NCBI RefSeq assembly: GCF_009914755.1
Contig: NC_060927.1
Source: the human T2T-CHM13v2.0 reference genome, Homo sapiens
Reading direction: 5' to 3' (one strand)
Length of the DNA stretch: 64,000 nucleotides
Numbering within the stretch: the stretch's first letter is position 1; each line of letters starts with the position of its first letter. Positions 1 to 15,708 of the stretch are shown here, piece by piece. The translations under genes and the position numbers were made by a program. The notes beneath the pieces are model-generated. The model saw nothing but the letters and a program-made list of their open reading frames with translations. It searched no databases and had not been told where the DNA came from.

Positions 1-382
1 TTACTACAGTCTTAAAACCTAAAGAAAATGCTGGCTAAGAACAGGTCAATGAGAAAACTGCAAGATACTTAGAAACACAAATACATTTTTATTTACTGGT
101 AAGTGCTAAAATTTTAATCAAAAAAGAACATGTAACTGAAAAACAGTGAAGAGTTTGACAACAGACATATAAGTCAGATCCTTTTTTTCAACTAATTTGC
201 ATGTATAGCTTCCTATCACAAACTTTACCAGTGCTTAGTCTTTAACTGTGACATCTTTAGGCAAAATAGTCAATGGAGAATGCACATTGATTTTAAATAA
301 AAAACTAATTCCTTTGTGTCCTCTTTAAAATGAAAACATTAATTTTGAAAAGGAAATAAATAAATAGTGGCTATTTACATTA

Positions 383-487
<105 letters not shown>

Positions 488-793
488 TTAATTAATGTGT
501 TATATTAGAATTTTTACTGGTAAAATTCAGTGAAACTATTATAATCCTTATAAGAAATTATTTAACTCTCTAGACCACAGAGAGAGCAGCAGCATCCAAT
601 TTTAATTTATTAATGTGGTCACATTTCTTATGAAAACAATAAAACTGAATACTTCTTCCTAAAACACATTCCCTAATTAGAATTTTTATTAATGGTATGG
701 CATTAATGCTCCACAGGCTCACAATGGGAAGTCCAAATGTGAATGTAATTTATAATTCTGATAACTTTGATTTAAACTAATATAACACCATAG

Positions 794-1313
794 TGTAGAG
801 GCCAAAGGAAAACTTCCTCTTTGTCCTTTGAAGGTTAACTGAAAATCAACTCACAAAAGGCAGATTAATAGGAGAAATGGCATACAAATTTATTAGCTTG
901 CATGGGGGAGAATCAGAGAGTGATTACCCTACCATACAATGGGGTGCAGATGGTTAAAAGCCACTTCTTCCCCTTCTTAAGGGAAATGGAGATGGGGAAG
1001 TGTGGATGGTTTTTAGAACGGGTAGTAAATGATTTCTAGGGGAATTCAGTGGGCATGAAGAACATACAGTGGCCTGGAACAGTCTGTTGGGCCCACAGAG
1101 CACACAATGGTTTGTGACAAAAGTCTGCCCAGGTGTGTTGACAGCTTTCTGTATTTCTTCCTGCAATATGAGTTTAGTTAAGGAAAACTCAGGGAAGGGA
1201 CCAGAGGGAATTGTTGTCTTCTTTGGTGGGTCTGAAGTTGAGGCAGATAAGGGAACTTCAGCACAGCATGTCAAAGCACCATATTTTGGGGTATCAGTTT
1301 CTAAGCCCCAACA
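794..1313 (-). mobile_element. Solo ERV1-class LTR, MER34/MER39-like
   Basis: TG...CA termini, exact 4-bp TSD ATAG (790-793, 1314-1317); minus-strand start TGTTGGGGCTTAGAAACTGATACCCCAAAATATGG resembles MER34/39 family. Confidence 0.8.
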
Positions 1314-1414
1314 ATAGACCATCATATTCCGCAAAGGAAAAACATGTTGAATGTCTACTATAATGCCAGGCAACGTGTTATGTGCTACTCAGTTTTCTGT
1401 TATTAATATGCTAC

Positions 1415-2090
1415 TCTGGTACAATCAATAATTTATCTGGTCTTTGTCCTGGAGCTTCAAAAACCCTGAGAATTTCCTGAGTGATTAGAGTATCTTTATT
1501 ATTGCTAGTGAGGAGACTCTTGGTGGGCCCCTAGATAGCTTCAGGATAGGGGCTGATAATCAGATCAAGCATGTGGTTAGAAGGTCTGAACTTTCAGGTT
1601 CCCAGTCTCTGGAGATGGGAAGCAGGCTGCAGACTGGTTCATCATGTGGGCAATGATTTAATTAACCATGCCAATGTAATAAAACCCCATACAAATTCTG
1701 AACGCCAAAGCTCAGCGGAGCTTCCTGGTTAGTGAACACACTGATGAGCTGGGAAGGTGATGTGTCCTGAGAGAAGAGGGCACAGAAACTCTGTGTCTAT
1801 CCTTTATAATAAAACTGTAATAATAAGTATAGCTTTCCTGAGTTCTGTGAGTCATTTTAGTGAATTATCGAACTTGAAGGCATTGTGGGAACCCCAGAAT
1901 TTACAGCCAGTTGGTCAGAAAAGTAGGCAGCTGCAGTGGGGCTGGGGGAGCCTTAGACTTGTGGCTGTCATCTGAAATAGGAGCAGTCTTGTGGAAGACT
2001 GCCCTTAAGCTTTGGTGTCTACATTAACTCCGGGTAGTGTAGAAATGAATTGCAGTATACCCAGTGGAGGTGAAAATGGAATAGTTGGTA
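1415..2090 (+). mobile_element. 5' LTR of MER21-type ERV (MER21C-like)
   Basis: Colinear direct repeat of 8173-9190 (shared CTGGTCTTTGTCCTGG, CCCCTAGATAGCTTCAGGATAG, GCTTTCCTGAGTTCTG, AGCCAGTTGGTCAGAAA). End approximate. Confidence 0.8.
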
Positions 2091-2662
2091 TCAGGTTACT
2101 GAAACATATGGTTTGGGAAGAGAAAGGATGAAAGGGCAGGGGATGAAGAACTTCTGATTCCTCCATGGCCATGGGGTCACCCAGGGTATGAAACACCAGC
2201 TATGCTGCAATCAGTTATTGGAGGTAAAAGTTACCAGTGAAATTTAGAGATGATGCATATATCTTCTGGGGAACTGGCTCACTAAATGCATAGGAAAATG
2301 CAAAACAGTAAGAAAAAAGAGAAATATACAATCTCTTGGTAATTACTATCTATAATATAATAGCTAAAAATGAAAGGAAGAGATGAATCAAATATAAATT
2401 CTGGCCAGTCTAAATTATGGCCTCTAGTCTCAGGGCCCCTACTGAAGGAATGAATGTGTTGGGAAAGATATTGGATTCTTGCCAGTTCAAGGAACAGGCA
2501 CTAGCCTCAGAGTCATTTTCAAAGGAAAAAGTTATGCTGAAACAAATCATGAAAAAGACTAAAATGATCCCTAAGAGAATAGGGACAGACAGAGGGAAGT
2601 GTCTAGAAACTCATCCAAACTGGGAAAAAAATCTTTAAACAGTTATTAAGAAATACAGCGCA

Positions 2663-4060
<1,398 letters not shown>

Positions 4061-4732
4061 TTATTTGGTTGTTTTTTAAAGAAACGAGGTGAAAAAGCAA
4101 ACGCTGATGGGGGTAAAATGAAAGGGAAAGAGAAAGGGGAGAGTCAAGGGACTCATCATAGCAGGGTGGAAGTCTGAAATCAAAACACAGAGGTTGGGTG
4201 GACCAATGCGGCGGTCCTGCTAGTGCCCCAACATTTAAGAGTGCTAAGCAAATCTGCTTTATTCATCTTAGTTTGGAAGAATTTGGAAAGCAGAAAGGCA
4301 AAGATGGCAACAAGAAACCTGACCTTCAATTACCTGGAGCAATGGTCTACCAATTTAATCAAGAAAAAGATTCAGGAAAGAGCCTGGGTTCCTTGGCTCA
4401 ATTCTGAGCTGGGGACCCAACACCTTAAGCACGTGAGTAGGCAAAATGGACAGGGGGTGGAGAGGAGAAGACTCTAGACACCTTGACGCAGAAGTGCCAT
4501 GTACTTTGGTCCAAAACCCCCTGGTGAAGCCCTAAAGGAGACTACAATTAAATTGAGAGGGTACAGAAGTGCAAGGGTTGGTAGAATTAAGGTGAAAGTT
4601 TGAATGAAAACTGGAGAGTTTGAACAGACTTTATGTGAACAGGCTGTGTCTCCTTTACCTGAATGTTTCATGGGAACAGATATTATGTCTGACCAGAACA
4701 CCTCCCCCACCTACTACTGAAAGTCCTAATGG

Positions 4733-5044
4733 GGCCGGGCTCACACCTGTAATCCGAGCATTTTGGGAGGCTGAGGTAGGCAGATCACTTGAGGTTAGGA
4801 GTTTGAGACCCGCCTGGCCAACATGGTGAAACCCCGTCTCCCCTAAAAATACAAAAAATTAGCTGGGCGTGGTGGTGCATGCCTGTAATCCTAGCTATTC
4901 AGGAGGCTGAAGCAGGAGAATCACTTGAACCTGGGAGGAGGAGGTTGCAGTGAGCCAAGGTCATGCCACTGCACTCCGGCCTGGGCAACAGCGCGAGACT
5001 GTCTCAAAAACAGAAAAAAAAAAAGAAAAAAAAAAAAGAAAAAA
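4733..5044 (+). mobile_element. AluS
   Basis: Full Alu with A tail; TSD GAAAGTCCTAATGG (4719-4732, 5045-5058). Confidence 0.95.
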
Positions 5045-5153
5045 GAAAGTCCTAATGGGAGTCATAACTAGATTGAGAAGATATAGAAATGCAAGAGCTA
5101 ATGGGATTTAGGTGAAAGTTTTGGATGAAAATTCGTATATTTAAAACAAGCTT

Positions 5154-5460
<307 letters not shown>

Positions 5461-6974
5461 TAAACGAGCTTTATGTTAAGTAGTTGTGTCTCATTTACCA
5501 GGATATATTATGCGGACTGATATTATGTCTGACTGGAGAGCGTTTCCTCTATTAAGGAATGTGAAACAGAGAGCATGTAAATCCACCCTTTAAGCAATAT
5601 TAATTAGGAATGCAAAATGGGAATCAATAAGATTACTCTAGTTCAACAGGCCTTTAATATCAATCAGTATATGAACTAGTATGGATGAATTCTCTATACA
5701 AAAACGCTGGGTAGAATACAGATTGGAACTTACAGGCGAAAGCCTATGAACACCTCTCAGTGAAAATTACTGGGATTTTGGACTAGAGAATTCCCATCTG
5801 AGAGGCAATTACTAGCTTGCTATTTGACATTAATTGAAACTGCCCCTATAACCGAAGAATAGAAAATAATCTTGAAATCTAATGTACCCATAGTATCTTA
5901 GGTGATACTGGAGACACATTCTACTAGGAAAGGCAATGCCCAGAAGAGTTTCATAATAAAATGAAATGTATTGAGTAGGAACACATTACTGGGAAATGCA
6001 AAAAGTTACACAGTGTATTCATGAGTCTACCTGCTCTGATGGACTTTGGAACCACTTGAGTTGCTGCCAGATTCTGTTGACACTCGGACAGTGGCCTATA
6101 AACAGCTCTCAATTAACCAACAAATAGCTGCTTGGTTTATGAATAGCAGTTCAATTGTGAACATACAACATTTTATTTGTAAGGCCATTCCTCTGACAGA
6201 AGAAGGTGAAAACAAATAAGCGTGGTGGGCTGCACTGCATGCTGTTTGCCTCAATATCTGAGTTTTTATTAACTCGCAGGCCATGGTCACATGGTCAGGC
6301 AAGAAGGACAGTGGAAAACTGGCCTATTATAGGCATGCCCATATAGGGTACAGCCTCAAGGAACTTACTGTGGGAATCTGATGGGTGCATTAAGGTATGT
6401 CGTATCAATGCCTATGGGGAGACTTCCCCTTCAAGGTTCAAAAGGTGATTGGAATTGACGAGCAAATACCTCAGGATGCCTGCTTGAGGTGGCCCCCTGG
6501 GTATATGAAGCAAGTGGACACTGGGGGCTGCAGCAATGCAGAGATGAACTGAATCTAGAAATGTTCCTCTCAAACCCTCTGAGGCACAAAATACCAGTAA
6601 GAACTTTCTGTCTGCCCATGACAGACTGCAGATGGCTATAGGGCAGATTCCCTCAGAGGAAGGCCCTACACATAGCTGGAAACTTGGACTCATGCCAGTA
6701 GCCCTGGATGGCTACAAAAGGGTCCTGACATGAATAGATGCCGAGTCCGCACTGGGCTTTACTTAACCAGTGGTAGCCTGGCACATACTGAGGGAACTAT
6801 AAAAGAACCAGCAGAGAACATAATGCATTGATTTGGACCACCTAGTCACATTTCGTCAGACCAAGGAACATACCTTACAATCCATAATGTCCAACAATGG
6901 GCAGAGAGATATCTTCCCCAGAGTAATGGTTTGGTAAAGAATCAGAATGGCAAGTTAAAACAGTGGTTTTCTAA

Positions 6975-7334
<360 letters not shown>

Positions 7335-8172
7335 TTTTGTTTTTTTGATGGATCTCAGGGAGAGGGGGAGGAGAAAGGAGGACGCTGGTATGGCAAAACA
7401 CTTTTTTCTTTCTTCCTTATATCACCTTCTCCTACCTGACACCACGGTCCCAAGACCAGGGCTACCACTACAAATGCCAGAAGCAGAGATGGTTCCCAAG
7501 AAAGAAATTGTAACTATACTTTTAAGCCTTAACATCAAAATTCCTAAGGACCTGATAGGATGGGTTGTGTCTTCACTCCATCTGGAGAATTTAGGTTTAA
7601 TAGTGAATGCAGCTTTATTGGCTGGTAGCGGAAATAGCCTGTTTGCTCTATACAAATGGATAGGAGAAATAATAGCTGAGAGTAAAGAAATGAATAAATG
7701 GGTTATGCAATAAGTAAAATATTACATTAATGCTTCAAAAGAGGCTCAGAGCAAAAGAATGATATTGTTTCTTAGCTTAATTATAGCTGATACATGAAAA
7801 GATGAAGCCATATATTGCTGAGACCTCTCCTGCCTGGAACTTGACAAACTTGAATGGAATCCTATAAACCTCAGAGGCCTAAACTTGAAGACAACTTGGT
7901 CACAGAACATGATGATGGACTGGACTAATTATTAATGACTAGTAGAACTCTAGTAATGCGCTAGTGTCTTCTGACTCTTACTTTACAATATGGTATAACA
8001 CTGGAATTGTTGGTAAGAGTATAATACTGATAGTACTGGGAATGGAATTAAAAGCCTCCTATCTCTACCCAATATTGATTCCTCCAAACATTAGGCATAT
8101 TCATGCTGGTCCTATTGACAGGAATGATCCTTTTGCCATATGGGATCCATGGTCATAGGCCAGGGGGTGGTC

Positions 8173-9190
<1,018 letters not shown>

Positions 9191-9699
9191 GAAAAAGATT
9201 AATTACTAACAAGTGAGATTCTCCATAAGTCATCAATACGGTGTTACAAATTTGTGGCCTTATTGTAAAATATTCAACTCAAAGTTCCAGAATACCAGAG
9301 AACTATGGAGAAGTCTTGAAGAACCTATATTTGTCACAAACACTTGCTTTGGGAGCTAAGCTAAGCTCCCAGTCTGAGAATTTCCCTAAACTCTTGAGGG
9401 AGGCTTTCAGAACTATCCTCTCCGTATCTCCAGTAAGCCCCCTAATTTTTAGAGTTAGTGGAGGAAAAGGCATACACGCAAATAAGGTGCAGTCTGTAAA
9501 ATAATTTTTTAAAGTAGATGATTATTTTAGCATTACTTCTAAAGTGTTTTTCTTTTTAGGGGCTGCTTAGCAATGATTTATCTAACTGATAGTTGGGGAG
9601 ATCAGCTCCTGTAATAAAACGGGGCAGATATTTCAAGATTAAATATTTTCCAAAGATAATCAAGAGTTGATTTTAAGACAGACAGAACATATGTTTGGG

Positions 9700-10800
9700 T
9701 CAATAGGTAAATGAAAAGATGCTCAATGTAATTAATCATCAAGGAAATGCAAATCAAACCATAATGAGATACCACCTCAAACCTGTTAGGCTACTGCTTT
9801 AAGAAGACAACATGTTGGTGAGGATGTGAAGAAACTGGAAAACTTGCCCACTTCTAGTGAGAATGCAAAATAGTACAGCCACTGTGAAATATATTACGAA
9901 GGTTCCTCAAAAAATTAGAATAGGCTGGGCATGGTGGCTCATGCCTGTAATCCCAGCACTTTGGGAAGCTGAAGTGGGAGGATCGCTTAAACTCAGGAGT
10001 TTGAGACCAGCCCGGGCAACATAGTGAGCCATTGTCTCTATTAAAAATACAAAAATTAACTGGACATAGAGGTGCCTGCCTGCCTGTAGCCCAGATACTT
10101 GGAGGCTGAGGCAGGAGGATCACTTGAGCCCACGATGTTGAGGCTGCAGTGGAGCACCAGTGCACTCTAGCCTGGGTGAAAGAGTGAGACCCCATCTCAA
10201 AAAAAAAAAGTTAAAAATAGAACTACCCAGCAATCCCACATCTGAGTGTTTATCTGAAAGAACTGAAATCAGGATCTTGAAGAGATATTTGCATTCCCAT
10301 GTTCATTGCAGCACTGATCACAATAATCAAGATGTAGAAACAACCTAAATATCCATTGACAGATGAACAGATAAAGAAAATGTGGTGTATATGTACAATG
10401 GATTATTATTAGTCTTCAAAGAAAAAAGGAAATCCTGCAACATGTAACAACATGGATGAACCTGACGGACATTATGCTAACTGAAAAGCTAGTCACAGAA
10501 GAACAAATATTGCATGATTCCACCTATATGAGGTATACTAAAATAGTCAAATTTATTGGAACAAAAAGCAGATCCAGTTGCCAGAGGCAGCAGGGAGGGG
10601 GAAATGGGGAGTTGCTAATCAAGGGCATAAAATTTCAGTAACACAAGATGAATTAAGTTCCAGGTATCTGCTGTCTAACATTGTACCTATATTGTATTGT
10701 ATGCTGTTAACACTATTGAACTGTACCCTGAAAAATCTGTTAAAAAGGTAGATCTCATGTTAACTATTTCTATCACAATCAAATAAAAATAAATTTCAAT
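9700..10800 (+). mobile_element. L1M (L1MB-like) 3' end, interrupted by Alu
   Basis: GAAATGCAAATCAAACC, CCCAGCAATCCCAC, ACATGGATGAACCTG and 3'UTR with AATAAA near 10781. Confidence 0.85.
9923..10209 (+). mobile_element. AluJ-like
   Basis: GGGAGGATCGCTT and GGCTGCAGTG J-type features; A tail. Confidence 0.93.
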
Positions 10801-11039
10801 CCTAAAAAAAACTGCCTGGAAGCCACTAAATAGATATAAAGTATTCATTAAGATCATGTAAGTATTTTAAAATTTCACTATATAAAAATAAACTTCTGGT
10901 AACTTTTGATGTAACAGCTCAATTTCCCTCAGATTTATCTCCAAACTTACTTATAATAGTTCTGGTCCTCACCACATACATTCTAATTTCGCCAAAGGAG
11001 TGTCTATTGCTCATACTTCTCCACCCCTACCACTTTCTT

Positions 11040-11686
11040 TACCTGTATATTGTTATTCTATCTGCCTGGCTTTCTCTGAGATATTATTCTGTCAACAATC
11101 CCCACTTTCTCCTGCACCTTTACTCTGGTTCATTCTCAGCATATAAACAACTCTGCTATCATCCTCACTAAAAAAAAAAAAAAAATCACTATTACAATTC
11201 TTTGCCTTTTTTTAACCCTAAACTTTGTGAAACAACAGTTATTCCAGTTTTTACAACTCCTACCCATTCTTCAACCTATGACAATTTGCTATTCAACCTT
11301 ACTACATTGATAGAAAGGCTTTGCCTGGGTCACCAATGACCCATATATTGCCAAATCAAAGACTATTTTTAGTCCTCACTCTAAGAGTCTATTTTTAGTC
11401 TTGACCTCCCAGCAGCACTGTTGCTTCTAACTATCCTCTCTGTCTTGAAACTCTTATGTGGGCTACACATAACATTGTTTTCTCCCAGTTCTCTTCTATT
11501 TTGGACCATTCCTCATTCTTCTTTGCTAGCTCCTCCTTATCTGACAACCCTTGATCTTAAGGTTTTGTTCTTTGCTGCCTTTTTACTATAAATACTTTCC
11601 CCTGTATCATTTAATTATACAGCATCAATCACTATTTAAATAATGATAATTCATAGTTCTCTATTTCCAGCCTCAACCTTTCCCTG
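11040..11686 (+). mobile_element. L2 fragment (degenerate)
   Basis: C/T-rich with GGTCACCAATGACC..TTGCCAAATC, CTTGACCTCCCAGCAGCA typical of L2. Confidence 0.6.
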
Positions 11687-13233
11687 ATGTTGTGAAGTAG
11701 GTGAAGTTGTAAAAATTGCAGGAGATATTCTATTGAAGAAGCCTGGCACAAATGCTGCCTCTGCCCCTTTCTCTGTTTCACCAAGGCTTCTCTTAGTCTC
11801 AATCGTAACAGTGATATTGGTAGCTGCTGTTTACTCTTTTGAAAAGATTGTTGGGAAAGAAAAAAAACAAGAAGATTATTTTGATGATTCTCTTTAAGTA
11901 ATTCTCAAATTACTCCAGCCCAAGATTAATAAATAGAGTAATTTTATATGACAGCATATGAATAGGATTACAAGAAATGAAAAGATAGAAATGGCATAAG
12001 AGAGAAGTGGCATTGAGTACTCAGCAAAAAAAATTGGACAACATATATAGATTATAAAAATGCTACAATGTGTATAACATGAAATTTAATTCCAGAGGAT
12101 TGCACTTTTAATACATTATTAGCTTTTAGTAAATCATAGGATTTTAAGTTGGAGGTCACCGCTATATTCACCAAGAAAAATCACGTTGCAACATTTAGTT
12201 ATCTTCTAAGGTTGCCAATTATGAAAAATAAAAAAATACTATAATAGAATTTTTAATTAAGTAGGAAAACAAAAATGTAAAATTTTTGTCTTTCATTTAA
12301 AAAATGCTTTGGGTTTGGCTAAATCCTATTATTTTCATAGCTATGCAAACTAATAAACTTTTTAAACAATAGCAGCCTTCCATCCTTTTTCTGACTATAT
12401 ATATAAAAAGCTGGGGATATGTGGATGAACTCGTCTACTTTTTCCATAACTGTAAGTGCATCTGATCTATGGGAGGCTGGTCCTGTTTTTCAGTGTTAAC
12501 ATGTAATAGAAACTGGCAGAATGAACAACTAAGGAGCTGTGAGTTGAAATAGTTGCTTCGAAACATGAGTAACTACTCCCCAACTTCCAGACATTTGTTT
12601 CAAATAATCACCACACTAATATCATAGCATATCTGTGCAAAGTGAATAGGGAGAAGAAGGCAGGCAAAAATAGCAGCTCTAGTACTTAATCAATCACCAA
12701 AAGGGGTACTCAAACCCACCCAAGATCTATTTATGGAGCACCTATTATAATACAGAGTACTACACTTGACACAAAAATAAAGAAGCTCCCAAATTAGGAA
12801 GGAACCAGTGATATCAAATACAGATGGCACCCTTCTAAGAGTTAAATACGTTGGGTACTTCAGTTGTGTTTCCTATTGTTAGCATTTACCTCTATTTAGC
12901 CATCAATAAATGCTAATTTTTTTAAAAAAGGAACATACAAAATATTTTCCCCTCATTTTAAGTTCTACAATAATTTTATTTTAGTCTTTTAAGTTTATAT
13001 TTACAGCAAAACAGAGTTACATAATTATCTTGTTTAACAAAAACTTACATAAGTAAAACAGATACTTAATTGGCATATAAATTCATATTTCTGTAAATGT
13101 TAATAATTCTTTCTAGCTTTAAAATTCTATCAATTATCAATGGATTAAAGAATAATGAAATATGTTCCAGATGTGAATTAACTCCAGAAAATTTCAGAAA
13201 ATTTCAGAATGTGTTCAGTTGGGAACACATATA

Positions 13234-13610
13234 CTGCCATGCCTTGCTCAATGATGGTGATATGTTCTGAGAAATGTGCCGTTAGGCAATTTATCATTGT
13301 GTGGACATCATGGAGGGTACTTATACAAACCTAGACAATATAACTTACTATGCACTTAGGCTATATGATATAGCCTATTGCTACTAGGCTACAAACCTAC
13401 ACAGCAAGTTACTGTACTGAATATAATGGACAACTGTAACACAATGGTATTTGTGTACCTAACCACGTCTAAACATAGAAAAAGGTAATGCACTATGACA
13501 TTACAATGGCTATGACATTACTCGGTGATAAGAGTTTTTTAGCTCCATTATAATCTTATGGTATATGCAGTCTGTTGTTGACTGAAATGTTACTATGCAG
13601 GGAATGACTG
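13234..13610 (+). mobile_element. Tigger3a-like non-autonomous DNA transposon
   Basis: TA-flanked, ends ATGACTG|TA; GTTCTGAGAAATGTGCCGTTAGGC, TAGCCTATTGCTACTAGGCTACAAACC; homologous to ends of 47521-48718. Confidence 0.85.
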
Positions 13611-14119
13611 TACTTTATTAAAGCTTTTATCTAAAATATGTGGTGTTGAATAAGGAAAGCATAGACAACTCATAGTGATCACAGGGACTTTCAATCTTAA
13701 GTTTATTGAAAACAAAAATCTGGCTTCCAAATTACTATTATTTTCACAATTTATAGTTATCTTAATTCTGTCTGCCATCTGGATACTATATTATTCCATT
13801 CTGTTTTCCTCTTTCTTAGCCAAAAAGGAAGTCCTTTAAAAAAAAATTACCAAAAGTCTTCTCTCAGAGAAGGCCTAAATGAAGAGATAGAAAAGCTCTA
13901 TTTAGGAGAGTTATATTTCCTGCCAGTATAAGAGGTGCTATTATCTGAAGTACTGAAAATTAAAAATTAGGACAGTTTCTAGTTCATGAATTAGGTCTTC
14001 CGTGGTGTGAACTAACAAAATTAACATTCAAGTCAGATTTTTTGGTAACAGTAATGTACAGTGTTTCATGATATATATTAACAGAGAGAAACAGTTATTT
14101 AATATTTAATATTTTTCAC

Positions 14120-14908
14120 TAGGTTTTTGGGATCACTCACTCTTAACTTTCCTCTTACCTCACTGGCTCCTCTTCCTTTTATTCATCCCTAATTACTGAT
14201 GTGCTGTGTTTGGTCCTCTTCTTTGTGTACACTTACTTCCCACTGATTTCATTCAGTGTTATGGCTTTAAGCGCTAGCAGTATACCAATGACCACCAAAT
14301 TTATATCTCTAGTCCCAACCTCTCTCCCGAGCCTTGGACTTGTTTATCCTATTGTTCACTCTCATCCCTGCTTGGCTGTCTAAGAAAGATTTAAACATAC
14401 CAGGACCAAAATAAACTCTTGGTTTGCAGACCGACCCCCTCCAAATGACCTCCTTCTCTGTCTTCCAAATCATTTACTCAGGATAAAAACCTACGATAAC
14501 ATGCTTGCCTTCTCTCTTTCCTCCATGCCCACATCTTCACCATGGCCAAGTCTCTACATGATCTGGTTCCTGCCTATCTCCATGTTGTCCTCTCCTCCCA
14601 CTCTCTACCTAGCTCATTTTGACCCAGTCACATGGCCTTCTGGCAGTTCCTTTAACATGCCAGTTACTCTCACCTCAGAATCCTTGCACTTGATTGTCTG
14701 TCATTCCCCTGCTCCACCTTCACAACGCTTTATTCTCTCACCCTGCGCTAGTTTTCTTCATAGCATGTATCATTACCTGACAATTTATTATATATTTATT
14801 AAATTTTAATTTTTATTTGCTAATTTTGTTCACCATTGTATCCTGAACTTCTAGACAAGTAGTTGCCACATAGTAAGCACTCAATAATACTTGCTGGATG
14901 AGTGAATC
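14120..14908 (+). mobile_element. L2 3' portion
   Basis: Ends CATAGTAAGCACTCAATAATACTTGCTGGATGAGTGAAT, the L2 3' terminus. Confidence 0.75.
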
Positions 14909-15438
14909 TGTGATACACATATGCCCTAATAAAACGGTTTCATTGTACTATGTAACCCAAAACACCTGACATACTTATATTTATTTATAACTACTAATGT
15001 GGCCTAGATTTTTAAACAGAAAATTTAAGTTATTCATACCTTTCTTTCAATTAACTTAAAATATGAATTTAAAAATATAAACAAATTAAATAGTTCAATG
15101 AAGTGCAATATTTACTATGTTACCAAATGAAGAAAAAGGGAATATTTAAAAAGATAAAAAACTTAAGCCTTAATATACAGTTTTAGGACCACAACATTAA
15201 GTTCAAACTCTCTACCAACAGCTACTGAATATATAAAGATTTTTTTCCTGATTACTGATCTTTGATGTTGTGACAATATCTGTTTGTTCTATTAACTGGA
15301 TATAGTATGACAACTTCAGCTGCTTAATTAACTCATGTTTTGAAAACAAAATAGAAAGCTCATAATTCTTTTTCTATAAAGCTGATGTACTGGTAGATAA
15401 GAAAATGTAAGTTAATTTGTGAAAATTTTATAGTGTTA

Positions 15439-15708
<270 letters not shown>

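Noticed and set aside
954-1373. 139-aa ORF
   Set aside because: Lies mostly within a solo LTR, no recognisable domain or splice context.
12390-12420. TATA-like TATATATAAAAAG as internal promoter
   Set aside because: Common in AT-rich DNA; no CpG island or downstream exon evidence.
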